DNA of 64,000 nucleotides from Chiloscyllium plagiosum. Taxonomy: Eukaryota. Position 1 is the first letter of the stretch. The number at the start of each line of letters is the position of its first letter. Below the pieces are notes generated by a model. It was not told the origin of the DNA. It ran no database searches and worked only from the letters and a program-made list of their open reading frames with translations. A program made the translations under genes and the position numbers. Location of the stretch: contig NC_057723.1 of the NCBI RefSeq assembly GCF_004010195.1, forward strand, positions 15,894,355 to 15,958,354, in the 5' to 3' direction. Of this stretch, positions 26,865 through 40,034 are shown piece by piece.

Positions 26865-28482
26865 CTGAGCATGGTGGCCATCACCAAGGAGAAGGTGCTA
26901 GAAAAACTGAAGGCCTGAAGGTGGATAAATAACCTGGACCAAATGGATTACACTCAAGAGTTATAAGGGAGTTAGCTGTAGAGATAGTGGAGGCGTTAGT
27001 GGTGATCTTTCAGGAATTGCTAGAATCAGAAAGGGTCACAGAGGACTGGAAAATCGCTAACGTGACACCCATATTTTAAAAAGGGAATACGGTGGAAGAG
27101 GGAAAATTACAGACCAATTAGCCTAACCTCAGTGGTGGATAAGGTCCTGGAATCCATTGTGAAGGATGAGATTACTAAATACTTGGAAGTGTACGGTAAA
27201 ATAGGGCAAAGTCAGCATGGTTTCATCAAGGGGAGGTCATGACTGACAAATCTTCTAGAATTCTTTGAGGAAGTAATGAGCAGGTTAGACGAAGGAGACC
27301 CAATAGATGTTATCTACCTGGACTTTAAGAAAGCCTTTGACAAGATGCCACACAGGAGGCTACTGTGTAAGATAAGGGCCCATGGGGTGTTAAAGGCAAG
27401 GTGCTGGCATAAAGTGGAGAGTGGGGATAAAAGTGTCCTTCTCAGGATAGCAGCCAGTGACAAATGATATTCCAAAAGGTTTAGTGTTGGGATCGCAACT
27501 TTCACTTTATACTTAATGGTCAAGATGAAGGAACTGAGGGTGTTCTGGCTAAGTTTGCAGACAATACAAAGATAGGTAGAGTGACATGCAGCATTGAGGA
27601 GGTAGGAAGGCTGCAGAAGGATTTGGACAGGTTAGGAGAGTGAGCAAAAAAGTGGCAGATAGAGAACAACATGGGAAAGTTTGAGGTCATACACTTAGGT
27701 AGGAAGAATAGAGGGATGGACTATTTTCTAAATGGGGAGAAAATTCAGAAATCTGAAGTGCAAAGAAATTTGAGAGTCCTCGTCCAGGATTCTCTCAAGG
27801 TAAACTTGCAGTTTGAGTCGGTAGTTAGGAAGACAAATACAATGGTGGCATTCATTTTAAGAGGACTTGAATATAAAAGCAGGAATGTACTTCTGAGGAT
27901 CTATAAGGCTCTGGTCAGAAAACATTTGGAACTTTGCATGCAGTTTTGCTCTCCATATATCAGGAAGGATAAACTTGCCCTGGAGTATGTTCAGAGAAGC
28001 TTCACAAGAATGGTCCCAGCAATCAAAAGCTTAACATAAGAGGAAGCATTTGAGGACTCTGGGTTTACACTCGATGGAGGTTAAAAGGATGGGGGAGATC
28101 TAATTGAAACATACAGAATACTGAATGGGAAGGACAGAGTGGATGTTGGGAAGATTTTTCCATTGGTAGGAAAGCCTAGGACTTGCAGGAACAGCCTTAG
28201 ATAAAAGGGAAGACCTTTTAGAATCAAGAGAAGGAGAAACTTCTTCAGCCAGAGATGGTGAATCTATGGAATTCATTGCCACAGAAGGCTGTGGAGGCCA
28301 GGTCATTGAGTACTTTTAAGACTGAGATAGATAGGTTCTTGAGTATCAAGGGGATCAAGGGTTACAGGGAAGTAGTGGGAGAATAGGGCTGAGAAACTTA
28401 TCAGCCATGATTGAATGGTGGAGCAGACTCGATGGGCTGAATCGTCTAATTTCCGCTCCTACGTCTTATGGTCTTATGGTCT
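26865..28482 (+). mobile_element. 5'-truncated CR1 LINE, same subfamily as 1135-2693, nested in an old LINE tail (26585-26860 / 28483-28700)
   Basis: YLDFKKAFDKMPH, KFADNTK, LYKALVR-like; tail gtcttatggtcttatggtc. Confidence 0.95.
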
Positions 28483-31081
28483 AAGTCACTCATCATCCTG
28501 GTTTACAAACATTTTGCCATCCCTTCACTGTTGCTCAGTCAAAACCTTCCTTACCAGCGTTGTGGATTAACCTCTGTGCTGCCTGTCATGGACTCCAGCA
28601 GTCCGAGAAGAGAACTCACTCCCCACCTTCTCAATTGCAATATAATGGCCGATAAATACTGCCCTTGTCAGCAACAGTCACATCCTGTGAATTGATTAAA
28701 AAAAAACATGAGGATGTGTGTAAATTTATCTGAGAAATGGAAACAATTTGTGATTAAGAAAAAATTAGATCAAGAGGTATCTATTTGTTCATTGTTAAGC
28801 CTAGGTTTGATTTTTTTCACAGCATTAAACAAAGTCTTTCTTACAATTTTTCATTAGATTGGCTACTAAAATTAATTATGCTTTGTGTTGCTGTGTTCCC
28901 ACAATGCCCTTAGCATAGGAATTCCCGAATTTTGATCCAGTGACAGTGAAGGAATGATGATATATTTCCAAGTCAGGATGGTGAGTATCTTGGAGAGGAA
29001 CTTGTAGGTTGTGGAGTTTTGATGCATCTGCTGCCCTTGCCTTTATAGGTGGAAGTGATCATGGGTTTGAAAGATCCTGTCTAAGAATCTTAGATTAAAA
29101 TTTCATCAGCAGAAACAAATTTTGCAAACTTGATTTTTTTTCACCCTGCCCTACAATGTGTTTTGGCTTGTATTTGTGTTTTTTTAAATCAGACATTTGA
29201 CTCTCATGTTTAAAAAGTAATAATAATTTTGAAGATCATTGGCTTGCAGTTCAAATTCACATAGCAGCAAGACTCCATGACAAATAAAGTAACAACTGGT
29301 CCGTAGGTAATATATGGTCCAGTTCACTGTATTCTGTTCAGACAGTATTTTTTTAACATTTAGCTCAATGTTTATGTTGTGAACAGCCTTTTGATGGTTA
29401 GTGTGTGTGGATAGGGGAGAGTTTTTAATTACCTGACCTGCAAAAAAATGGATCAGTCACACAATCATGGAAAAGCAGTCATTTGGAACTCTCCAGTCCA
29501 CAGCATGTAGCTGGAGTCAGTAAGACTGAGACGTCACCCTGATTTCTGACTTAATTCTGTGTGAGCGACAAGTTGGCACAGCAGCAAGTTTATTGACATC
29601 AGCAGGGTGGGCTGGGGTGTGTTGGGTCAATAGGAGACTGATGAGAGGACAGGGACAGGGACAGGGAGGGTGGTGGTTATGAGGCAAGGATGTCAGAAGA
29701 GAGAAGGATGAATGGACAGAGGAGGCTTTTGATCAGGTTGGGAAGTAGGTGGGTGGTGTTTGATCAGAGGGGAGTGTCAATTGGGAAGATGAGGGTTGAT
29801 CGAGAAGGGTATATAAATCAGGTGGGGTGTGGTCCTGTTTGGAGTTTGGGTGGGAGTGTTGATGGTCTAATGATGCAGCCTGAAACCTTAGTGCAGGTAC
29901 AGATGGCTGGGAAGATGCCAAACTGTAGAGGCTCCTCAAGCAGGTAATTTGATTCAAGGAGTCAGCATGAAGGCACTCACCTCCAGAGTAAACCAAAGCT
30001 TCACCTCAAGGGAGTCATTGAGTTACCAATCCAAGAAACTCAGTTTACAGGAGCTAAAATCTAAAAGCCTGACTATTAATCAGTTAAACAGGCTCTTTTA
30101 ACACATTTAAATTTCCATAATACATCCTTACAGCATGTTGTTTGTAAGGCCTCATTCTGGCTTCACTTAAAAGGAAAGTCAGAATATTGAAGGTGGGTTT
30201 ATGCAACAGATCTCTCAGGTTTTAAACCTCACCCTCAACCCAAATGCACCATTCTTTTGGGTTAAAATTTCCACAATTGTCTAGTCTGTTTGCGTTGATG
30301 GGTACAGCACTTAAGATGAATTACCTGGCCATTGGACCTAAAAGTTTAGCTTTCCAGATAGCAGGGCTGTTTGGCCTAGTAAATCATCTCCACTGACAGT
30401 ATCAATGGAAATTGCAAGTAACATGTTTGTAACAAGTACTAATTTAGACTAATGTTGTCTTCATGATAGAGCAGGCTTTCAAAATAACTCCTGAACTGGA
30501 GATATCTTTGCACTCCAATGGAATATGGAAAACAGTTTGAATGCCAGCAGCATTACTTTTTGAATATACTTGATATAATTAAACCAATATCAGTCACTTT
30601 TAATTTGTAACAGTAAATTGATGAGTTACAATAATGCAGCCAAACGGAGGATCTTCGCTATTTTGGATATCAATCAAACTAAAAAAACCTTTGAAGCATA
30701 ATAATGAGAAGTGATAATGTTTGTTCTGTTGCTTGGAGACAGCACAGTCAGTGGCATAGTTACTTACAAGTCTTAAATACAATGATGTTGAACATGTAAA
30801 TACTTTGCAGTTAATCAAGTGCATAGCTGAAGCTGGTGCTGTGTACTATAACAGAGTGGTTATCCAGAAATCTAAAGCATTACACTGATAGCCATATATG
30901 GGATCACAGGACATGGGGCAGCATTTCATTTCCACAGCTCCTGTATTAAATGGAACATAGTTGTCTGAGAACTAGATTACCAACTGTTTTCGAACAGTGT
31001 TTGTGTAATACTGTCTGGTGCATCAGTCTGTGTGTTTGACTGTGGGAGTGAGTGTAAAATGGGACAAGATGTAAGAGCGTG

Positions 31082-31350
31082 ATGGCAGATGCTCCGCATT
31101 TGGAAGAGCCCATCAAGCTCCATGATCTGCAGCAGCATATATTCAGGAAGCTTCTGCCAGAGGAATTGCTCATTATGATTTTCCTCCACTTGGACTCTAT
31201 GCCATTGAATTTTGTACAATCTTGTTGTGCACCTGGAAAGGTCATTTGAATTACTTTGCGTACAATGACAGTTTGTCATTAAGTAACTGAACTTATACTG
31301 TTCGCTAGGTTGTGTTATAATGATTTGATGTATAAATCTCTTGGAAAATG
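31082..31350 (+). pseudogene. Frameshifted F-box domain remnant
   Basis: ATG at 31082 gives MADAPHLEEPIKLHDLQQHIFRKLLPEELLIMIFLHLD; shifted frame continues AIEFCTILLCTWKGHLNYFAYNDSL, fitting LPxELLxxIFxxLD..LC..C..W..DSL. Confidence 0.5.
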
Positions 31351-32910
31351 CAAACATAGCAACATCACAAATGTTGTGTTACTTGATGAATGTTTGTAAC
31401 CGAGCACAGATATATATGTGCAATAATAGTATAAGTTAACTGGCCACAATTTGATGCAGTCTTGGACAATTTATGTGAGAGATGGTCCTGTTTTGTAGTT
31501 GTGCCTTGCCATCTTCTTCAATTTCTACATCCACACACTGCTCAACCTAGCTGCTACTTACTGATGGGTTTGGAGCATTCTTCTGAAAATGGTCCAACTG
31601 AATTACCAAATAGGACAATCATTGTGACAACTTTAATTAGCAGCTTGTCCACTTCGCCACTTGTTATACATCTCCCCTTTATCATTCCTGACCACCATAA
31701 GAAAACTGAAAAACATTTGAAATCCTTTCTCAGCATGTATAAAAGATGAAACAGATTTTACTTTATTTATGGCTGGTTTCTTTTGACTGGATCTTTCACA
31801 TTAAATTTGAACTACTGTTTTGCATTCCCCAGTTAAGCTAGCTGACAGTGGGCAATAAATGTTGCACTGCAAACCCATTGAATATTCTTATGAACTGACT
31901 CTAAATATATAGGAAGACTCTTGAATTTTTGGTTAGCATTTTATCAATGTTACCCAGCTGTGCACCACTGCAATGGTAAAAATAGCCCTGTATCGTTTGT
32001 AACTAACAACTCACAACTGCCTCTTCGTGAATTGAAAATATCTCAGACCCACAGAACCTGAACCATTGAGAAGACAAAAAGATGGACATTTAGAGGCTGG
32101 AGAAGAGTCTAATTCCAATAATTAATTTTAATTATCTTTAATCTAAATATTCAAGCACAAATACTTAATTTTACACAGATTCACTGTTTAACATTTGATA
32201 CAGTTATCATCTTAATACATAATCTCATTTAGATACTTCTATTGTAAAATTAATTATATACAAGACAGTCTTGATTAATTCCTTCTGATATCATATTACT
32301 ATAACATTGAACCAAGTCCTTTATAATACTAATATGATTTATATTTTTGACAAAACAAAATCATGAATCTTTGAAGCTAAACCATTCATGTGGCTTGTGT
32401 GTTCACTCTTAATGTACAAACATTATCAGTCTATCATTATCTCTCAAAGCCCTCAGAATATGAAATAGGAAACTTTTGGAAAGATGGGATCTATTCATAG
32501 TTAAATCATGCATCTATCATTTAGGTGTTTCTTTCATAGATTTGGCAAAGTGATTATTGACAAAAGGAATGGCCACATATAGACACGAAATGATTAATTG
32601 TTGATTCTCAGCCTGTAAGCCTGAAAACAAACAATTCATTGGGTAAATTAAAAATGGGACAAAGAGGAATATTTGAAATCATAGTGCAATGGTACGATCT
32701 AAAACCTGATACTTGGACATTGTTCAAGATATTTTAATGTCAAGCAGGCAGTATTGGATAAACACTTGTTTAGACTTGTTTTGTTTTGTGCAGGGATCAC
32801 TATGTAAAACCATCTCCCATGTGATCCCATTGAAAAGGATAGCACGCAACCCTTAAGCTCTCTGTTAATAAATCATAACAGCAAAAACCAAAATAAGTGT
32901 GGATGCATAA

Positions 32911-33070
32911 ATAAAAACAGAAATGGCTGGAAAAACTCAGCAGGTCTGGCAGCATCTGTGGAGAGAAATCAGAGTTGATGTCTTGGTCAGATGACTTCTG
33001 AGTAAGGGTCACTCGACCTGAAACATTAACTCTGATCTCTCTCCACAGATTCTGCCAGACCTGCTGAGTC
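32911..33070. mobile_element. Inverted PLE pLTR pair (third family)
   Basis: Arms actcagcaggtctggcagcatctgtggagaga / tctctccacagattctgccagacctgctgagt; degenerate HHR ctgagtaagggtcactcgacctgaaacatt at the centre. Confidence 0.75.
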
Positions 33071-34724
33071 AGATTTAGAGTCAGATTTATTTTCCATACT
33101 CACAACTAGAGTCCATATCATTTAGACTGAAGCCTATACAGTTAAAAAAACACTTTGTGAGCTGGTTCGGGGAAAATCAGTCATTATGTGATTTTTTCAA
33201 ATGGGATTACTGACAAACAGAATTGTTGATTTGATGATTGCCTCCAATCCCATGGAAAGAATTTTCAGAAAGAATTGCTGAACTAACCGAATCCTTACGG
33301 TGTTGAAGAGCGACTGAAGGATGGATGTTACGATGAAATGATCCTCTCAGGACATCGAAGATTGTAGGTTCTAAGTACAAACTCAATGCTTGATACAATC
33401 AACAAAATATCCAAACTGCAAGACCAGTGGAAAGTATGGTATTCTGTGTACAATGATAAAATACTTAAATTTTCAAACAACTTTGCAAGGTGGAAAAACA
33501 ATGCACAGTGTGGGGTAACATGCGAGAGGTGTTGTTTTAAACCTGTGCTGGAGACAGCAAATCTGGAGAAAGAGGTGCATGGCTTCATTAACAATACAAG
33601 GTATTTTTATTCATTATGATATTAAACAGATTTGTTGAAAGTAAAATAATTGGCTTACAAATCTGTTTGAATCATCCCATAGTTGCCTGGTGCATTGGAA
33701 AAGCTCTTGTTGCTGCCAAGGCCCGGAGGGCAGGTCAGCTCTAACTTGTCAATGGGCATTGCACAGATTGGAGCCCTCCTCTCTACTGTGTAAGTGGTGG
33801 TGCCCAGGACTGAGGAGTGATTCACGAGCCAATATTTCAGCTAACCCGTAACACAACTGGCCACTACCCAACATTTCTGTGCAAGACGGATGTTCAGAAT
33901 GAGGTCTCGAGATCCACAATTGTTGCTATGATGTGAAAAAACGTTTTCCTCTCTTTTGTACAAAAAGATAGAACGAAGTATTATTTAATTTTAAGACAGG
34001 TCAATGATGTGTAAAAACTTGAAAACAACATTTATAGCAAAAATAGAAAGGTAATTCTGAAACATTTAGAACTTTTCCAACTTTAATTAGCAGAAATTAA
34101 GGAACATTTCTGGAAAGGGAAATTAGAAAATGGAAGTTAAAATTATTCATAATGAAGCTTTATTAACAATTCTTCTTCATTATCCAGTGATGAAAAAAAT
34201 AATTACTATCTTTAGAAAATTTACTGAAGAAGATTTAACATTAACACACTTTAACTGATTGAACAATTTAAAACACTGAACAGTAAAGTCAGCTGCATCA
34301 ACAGAATTAAGTATTTGAAGTAAATCAGTTGTACAAGAGAAGACAGCAACAGTCAAAACATAATGGCAATCAAGAAAGATATTGCACTTTCAAGCAGGTT
34401 TTAAATGATAAATCATTCAGACAGGGAATTGAACCAGACTATATTGAGCAGTCAACAGAGTACGTAACTTACTCCCCAAAGTCTATCCACCATCTGCAAG
34501 GCATGTGTCAGAAATGTGATGAAATATTCTCCACTTGTCTGGATAATTGTAGATCCAACAACACCACAAAAAGCTTGACACCATTGAGAGTAAAGCAGCC
34601 TCTGTGATTGGCACCACATCTGCAAACGTTCATTCTATCCACAACCAATTCTCAGAAGTAACAATGGGCAACAACTGCAAGATCCACTACAGAACTTCAT
34701 CAAGACTCCTGAGGCAGCATTTTC

Positions 34725-35700
34725 TCTTATGAAGATGTGGGTGTACTGAACCTTTAAGAGAGTTAAGAGCTAGGAGGACTACCTGACAGCATCAAGTGTT
34801 CTCAATAAGGTAACAATGTAACACTTAGTCAAAAGCTAGATTAGCTGGGTTGCCTGGAAATGACAAAATAGATTTGAATTAGACCAATCAATTTGAATTA
34901 TACCCCGAAAAATACCAAACTCCAATCAAATTTGAATTTATTATGTTGACACTCTTAAAAGCCAATGACACAATCTGATGCTTTGGGGGTATAAGACCAG
35001 GGAAAATTGAACAGTTGAGAGGAGAACTGCCAAGCCATCAACATCAGTAGACTGTCCAGAGAAAAACTCTCTTAAAGGTACCTTTATCAATCTGAGACAT
35101 GTGAAGCATAATCCCTAAGAAGAAGAAAAAAGACACAGGAAGATCCAAATAGAAGATTTGACATTTGCTGGCTTTGAAAACTTGAATTTTTGCTAAATTT
35201 TAATTTTGGTGGTAGTATATTACTAGTATTATAGAAGGGAAGGTAAAAGGTAGGTTAGAGGAAGGAGTTGTAACTAGCTTTTTTAAGATTAGATTAGCTA
35301 CAGTGTGGAAACAGGCCCTTCGGTCCAACCAGTCCACACCGACTCTCCGAAGAGTAACTCACCCAGTCCCATTTCCCTGACCCACACATCCTTGGACTGT
35401 GGGAGGAGACCCACACAGACTTGGGGAGAATGTGCAAACTCCACACAGACAGCCACCCAAGGCTGGAATCGAACCTGGGACCCTAGTGTTGTGAGGTAGC
35501 AGTGCTAATCACTGAGCCACCATGCCACCCCTAACTAACTGTTAGTTAAGTATTCTCTGTTTTATCTTAAGAAATAAAGTGGTTAATTTTTACTTGAAAA
35601 CGTTCTTGGCCTCTCAAATTTTCACTGATTACTGCATGGGATAAATCTTTTCTGTATGCTGGTTTAAATTAAGCAGGAGAGTTTTCCCCGTGTCACAACA
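34725..35700. mobile_element. Solo LTR inserted in an old LINE tail, itself carrying a SINE
   Basis: 4-bp TSD tttc (34721-34724 / 35701-35704), ends ..tcacaaca, tataa and aataaa boxes; old LINE sequence resumes on both sides. Confidence 0.65.
35285..35531 (-). mobile_element. HE1-like SINE
   Basis: Reverse complement begins gggtggcatggtggctcagtgattagc (A-box) ..ggttcgattcc (B-box); tail (aatct)n. Confidence 0.85.
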
Positions 35701-36764
35701 TTTCCAAATGCATGACGGTTTCGATCTAGAGAGACTAGGATAACGATACACAGGAATACCACCATCCGCAAGTTCCCCTCCAAGCCACTCACCATCCTGA
35801 TGTAGAAATATTTTACCTTTCTTCAGTATTGCTGGATCAAAAACCTGAAAATCCCATCCCGAACAGCATTGTGGGTCAATGTACAGCAAATGGACTGCAG
35901 TGATTCAAAAAGGCAGCTCACAGTACTTTTTCAAGGGCAACTAGGAATGGGCATCATCACTAGAACAACCAGCTTTATCAACATCCCATGAAGGAATGAA
36001 AAAATAATCAAAGCACTGCTGAGAGTAACTTTAAAATATAATGATCAATACTATATAGAACAGCTGTATATCATCAGCAACTAATACTCTTCCTTTTGAG
36101 TAGACACACATGCTTCACTTCAAAGTTCGAAAATATGTTGATGAGCCTAAACAAGCTCATAAGTCCAACACCAGTGATAAACTTCACTCAATAAGAAGAT
36201 GACTTCATTGATCTCAGAACATTGTTTGCCGAACCTAAAAGGAAGAAAGTAAGAAGTTCAGATAAATTACTTGACGTTTTTCAATTCTTCACAATAGAGA
36301 GGTCAGAAGAAAATCTTGATTTCATGTATTTGAGATATTGCCTTTTGAGGTATTTGGCTTCAAATGTCTTTCAGTTGATGCTGAGTCTTCAATAGCAAAA
36401 TGTAAGATATCGTTGACTATTCAACCACTGCAGTTAAAGTAAATTCTTAATACAGTTGATTCTGCTGGCCAGAAGTTGTACCAAAACAGCTTTACTGTTT
36501 ATAATTGAACCTGATAAAATGATAATGTTTTTCAAAAGAGCACAAATAAGAATGAGCACATGTATGGTTATCAGTAAGGGTTGTTTATCCAAGTCAGCCA
36601 GGACAGTTGGTACTGTTCATCCTATGGGTCAGAGGGAAGAAAGTCAAGTGAGACTATCAGCAGACATGTAATAGGCAATTGTGTGTCAATAATGTGGAGA
36701 TTAGAGGCAGAAATCTGGATCATACAAGGAATGTGATGGGGATAGATCCAACGTATGGACAGAA

Positions 36765-37668
36765 CAGTGGCACAATGGTTAGCAGAGAGTCATAGAGTCA
36801 TGGAGATGTACAACATAGAAACAAATTTTTCAGTTCAACTAGTCCATTCTGACCATATATCCTGAATTAATCCAGTCCCCTTTACCAGCATTTCCCTCCA
36901 AACCGTTCCTATTCATGTACCTAGATGCCTTTTAAATACTGTAACTGTCCCAGCCTCCACCACTTCCTCTGACAGCTCACTCCATACACGTATCACCCTC
37001 TGTGTAAAAAAGTTATCCCTTAGGTCCCTTTTAAATCTTTCCCCTCTCCCATTAAACCTATGTCCTTTAGTTTTGACTCCCCTACCTTGGGGAAAAGACC
37101 ATGGCTGTTTACCCTCTCCTTGCCCTCATGATCTTCTAAATTTCTGTAAGGTCACCCCTCAACCTCGGATGCTGTAGGGAAAATAGCCCCAGCCATTCAG
37201 CCTCTCCTTATAACTCAAACCCACCAACCCTGGCAACATCCTTGTAAATCTTTTCTGAACCCTTTCAAGTTTCACAACATCTTTCCTATAGCTGGGAGAC
37301 CTGAAGTGAACACAGCATTACTGCCTCATATCGCCAGGGACTCGGGTTCAATTCCAACCTCAGGTGACATTCTCCCGTGTCTGTGTGAGTTTCTGTAGGG
37401 TGCTCTGGTTTTCTCCCACAATCCAAAGATGCACAGGTTAGGTTTGGCCATGTTAAATTGTCTCATAGTGTCCAGGGTTGTGCTGGCTAGGTGGATTGGC
37501 CATACTAAATTGCCCCATAGTGTCCAGGCTTGTGCAGGCTAGGTTGCTCAGCCATGGTAAATGTGGGTTACAGTGATGGGGTTGATCTGGGTGGGATGTT
37601 GTTTGGAGAGTCAGTGCAGGCCAAATGGGCTGAATGACCTCTATCTGTACAGTAGAGTTTCTATGATA
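36765..37668 (+). mobile_element. HE1-like SINE split by a CR1 insertion, with internal ~52-bp tandem units
   Basis: A-box gtggcacaatggttagca at 36767-36783, remainder (ctgcctca..ggttcaattcc) resumes at ~37313; units ggccat..aaattg..catagtgtccagg at 37446 and 37498. Confidence 0.75.
36786..37312 (-). mobile_element. CR1 LINE 3' end
   Basis: (agtcatag)n tail at left; reverse match to the 12612-13231 family. Confidence 0.9.
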
Positions 37669-38069
37669 TAAAGAGTGGAGGGAGCTGGTAGTGCATGTGA
37701 GAACCTAGATGCTGGGGGAGGGGCTGTTTATAGATAAGTGCCACCACTGTGTCCTTGATGGGGGGAATATGCATCATGATGGTGGACAGGACTAAACTGG
37801 AGAGAGACAGAGACAGTGCTCGGGGTAAGGATAAAAGTTTCAGTCATAACGCAAGGTGATGGGTAGGATCAAGTTGGAGATCAGTAGCGATAAGCTGTCC
37901 ACAGAGTGCCAGTTAAATTGTTGCAGAATTTTCAGAGTAGGTGTCTCTAATGACAAGGTTGAACCTGAGACTCAAAGTGCCAAACACAATCTGCACTGCC
38001 ATTTGCATGAATGCAAAATGGCTGCAACCATACTTGGATTGGTGCTGGTCACAAGAAATCTGCACCATG

Positions 38070-38300
38070 TCATTAGGCTAGTTATAAGGGCTACCATCTC
38101 TGATCATGGCTAATACCTCCATTACATAATCTTGATTTGAAGCAGCCTGTACTTAGACCATGGTCATGATGGAGCAGGTAATAGATCCGCTGAAGATGAG
38201 AAGCTTGAATCAGCCTGAGGGGCCTTGCAGCACACTCCTGACAGAGTGGGCTGTATAATCTTTGCATGCACTGCTCTGCACATCCGGATCAGGCACAAGG
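38070..38300 (+). mobile_element. PIF/Harbinger transposase C-terminal remnant
   Basis: YKGYHL*SWLIPPLHN (DxGYPL..WL..P), MEQVIDPLKMR, ALQHTPDRVGCIIFACTALH (HARBI1-type L.Y.P..V..II.AC..LHN). Confidence 0.7.
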
Positions 38301-38717
38301 GAATGTGATGGAGGCTGGTGTGCTGTAAAAGTGAGTGCTGTCTTCCAAAAAGGAGGATTAGGATGTTGTACAGGAGGAACAAAACCTTGGGCATGACAGA
38401 ACACAGCAGCATCAAGTGCTACAAGCCAAATAGAATTTGGGTAAGGATTGTTGAGATAGTTAATTGCCTCCAGTCTTGTTTTATCTTTGCTTTGTTTTCA
38501 GCCTATCTAGTAATTAGTGGTAGAGGATGCATCACTGTAGAACAAATACAAAAGAGGCACTATTCTTGGTTAACAAGGAAGTTAACTGCATGTTAGCAAT
38601 AAGAACTACATTTGGTCATGCATAGTTATTAAGTCCTTAGAGAGCTGGTACAGGTAAATCTTTTCCCTCTGAAAGCAAGAGTAGAACTCCTCTGCACTGA
38701 CACTAATTAGAGATGAT

Positions 38718-38900
38718 GTAGAGGAGCCGGTGTTGGACTGGGTTGTACAAAGTTTAAAAATCACACAAAACCAGGTTATATCCAATAGGTTTATTTGGAA
38801 GCACTAGCTTTTGGAGCACTACCTGATGAAGGAGCAGCGCTCTGAAAGCTAATGTTTCCAAATAAACCTCTTGAACTATAACCTGGTATTGTATGATTTT
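38718..38900. mobile_element. Inverted PLE pLTR pair (fourth family)
   Basis: Arms ccaggttata..aggtttatttggaa / ttccaaataaacct..tataacctgg; HHR cCTGATGAaggagcagcgctctGAAAGCTA starts at the centre ~38822. Confidence 0.8.
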
Positions 38901-39894
38901 AAGCTAATTAGGGAAGTACAGTTTCTGACAATAAGCATGAACATTTTGTCCCTATGCTGGCGGTGAACCAGTATTAAAAAAGTACAATTGGCCTGAATCC
39001 AATCATACTTAATGAATCTGCAATAGAGCACTTTAAAAGATTTTAGGGCACTTTAACATTTTTGATTATTTATAATTCTCAAATAGATTTGATACAACCC
39101 TCTACATAACCTCAAGATTTTGAACAAGAATATTTGTAAGAAATCTTCAGTTGTCTCCCCCTAATATACAAACAACATTTGACTGTATGGTTTCTCACGT
39201 GATGTACATAATATTAAGTATTACATGCAACAGTATATGCCACTATGACCTAGTGGAGCTCCTTTAGTTCTGATTTAATTGAATTTATTTCAGTTCCTCG
39301 CTCATGGTGAAAATCATTCATTCAGAATATATGAGCATGCTTCCAAGAAGCTGTTTATCCATCTAGAAATAATTTCATGTCAATAGAAATTACAACAGCA
39401 GTTGCCACAGGGATCAAAATTTTACCTCCAGGGGATCAAATAGCCATAATTGCCTTCTTCAATAGTACTTTATCCCTTTTTAGTTTCAATTTCTGATTAT
39501 GCTACATTCAATGTTTCTATATCCAGCATTAACCTGGAAGTTTATTTCAATGTTGTGCAAGACTTTATATTAAGGAATTGTTTTGCCTTTAACTCTTGAA
39601 TTTTGGTTTGTATCAATGGCCCATCATTTTAATAACAAGAAACATTCTGTTCCTATTTACCCTGTTCTAGCAATCCATAACTTTAACTACTTTTATTACA
39701 TTTCCCTGAAATATGTGTTTCCAAATAAAAGGACAACCAATATTTTGTGGCTTTATATTTTCCCACATTAATGCTTTGTATAATTTTCTCATTAGCTTTT
39801 GTGTAATATTTGTAGTCTGTAGGTCTGGGATCTAAATTGATATGGTGAAAGTTGTAGAGATTCCAAGTGAATGGACTTCCCCTTGGCTCTCAAT

Positions 39895-39992
39895 CTTCAT
39901 TCCTGATGAAGGGCTTATGCCCAAAACAGCGATTCTCCTGCTCCTTGGTTGCTGCCTGACCTGCTATGCTTTCCCAGCAACGCACTCTTGAT
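39895..39992 (+). mobile_element. PLE pLTR fragment with degenerate HHR
   Basis: cattcCTGATGAagggcttatgcccaaaacagcgattctcctgctcc. Confidence 0.75.
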
Positions 39993-40034
39993 GTGGACAC
40001 AGACTAAATCAAATGCTGTGTGTGAGTAGAAATG

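Larger units (their letters stand above)
31945..36420 (+). mobile_element. Heavily decayed hAT-superfamily transposase fossil (CGGBP-type), split by later insertions
   Basis: Collinear motif relics: NGK..CIVCN (31972-32003), NGITDKQ..IVDLMIA (DETTD-like, ~33200), NDKILKFSNNFA (~33452), HSCLVH..ALVAAKAR (CxxH, 33678-33726), KNVFL (~33938), RYLA..CLSVDAESSIAKCK (dimerisation domain, ~36348-36406). Confidence 0.6.

Noticed and set aside
35455-35531. tRNA-like A and B boxes
   Set aside because: SINE head, no complete cloverleaf
37446-37565. ~52-bp tandem units superficially like a repeat-spacer array
   Set aside because: Internal duplication of the HE1-like SINE; no unique spacers, eukaryotic context, not CRISPR
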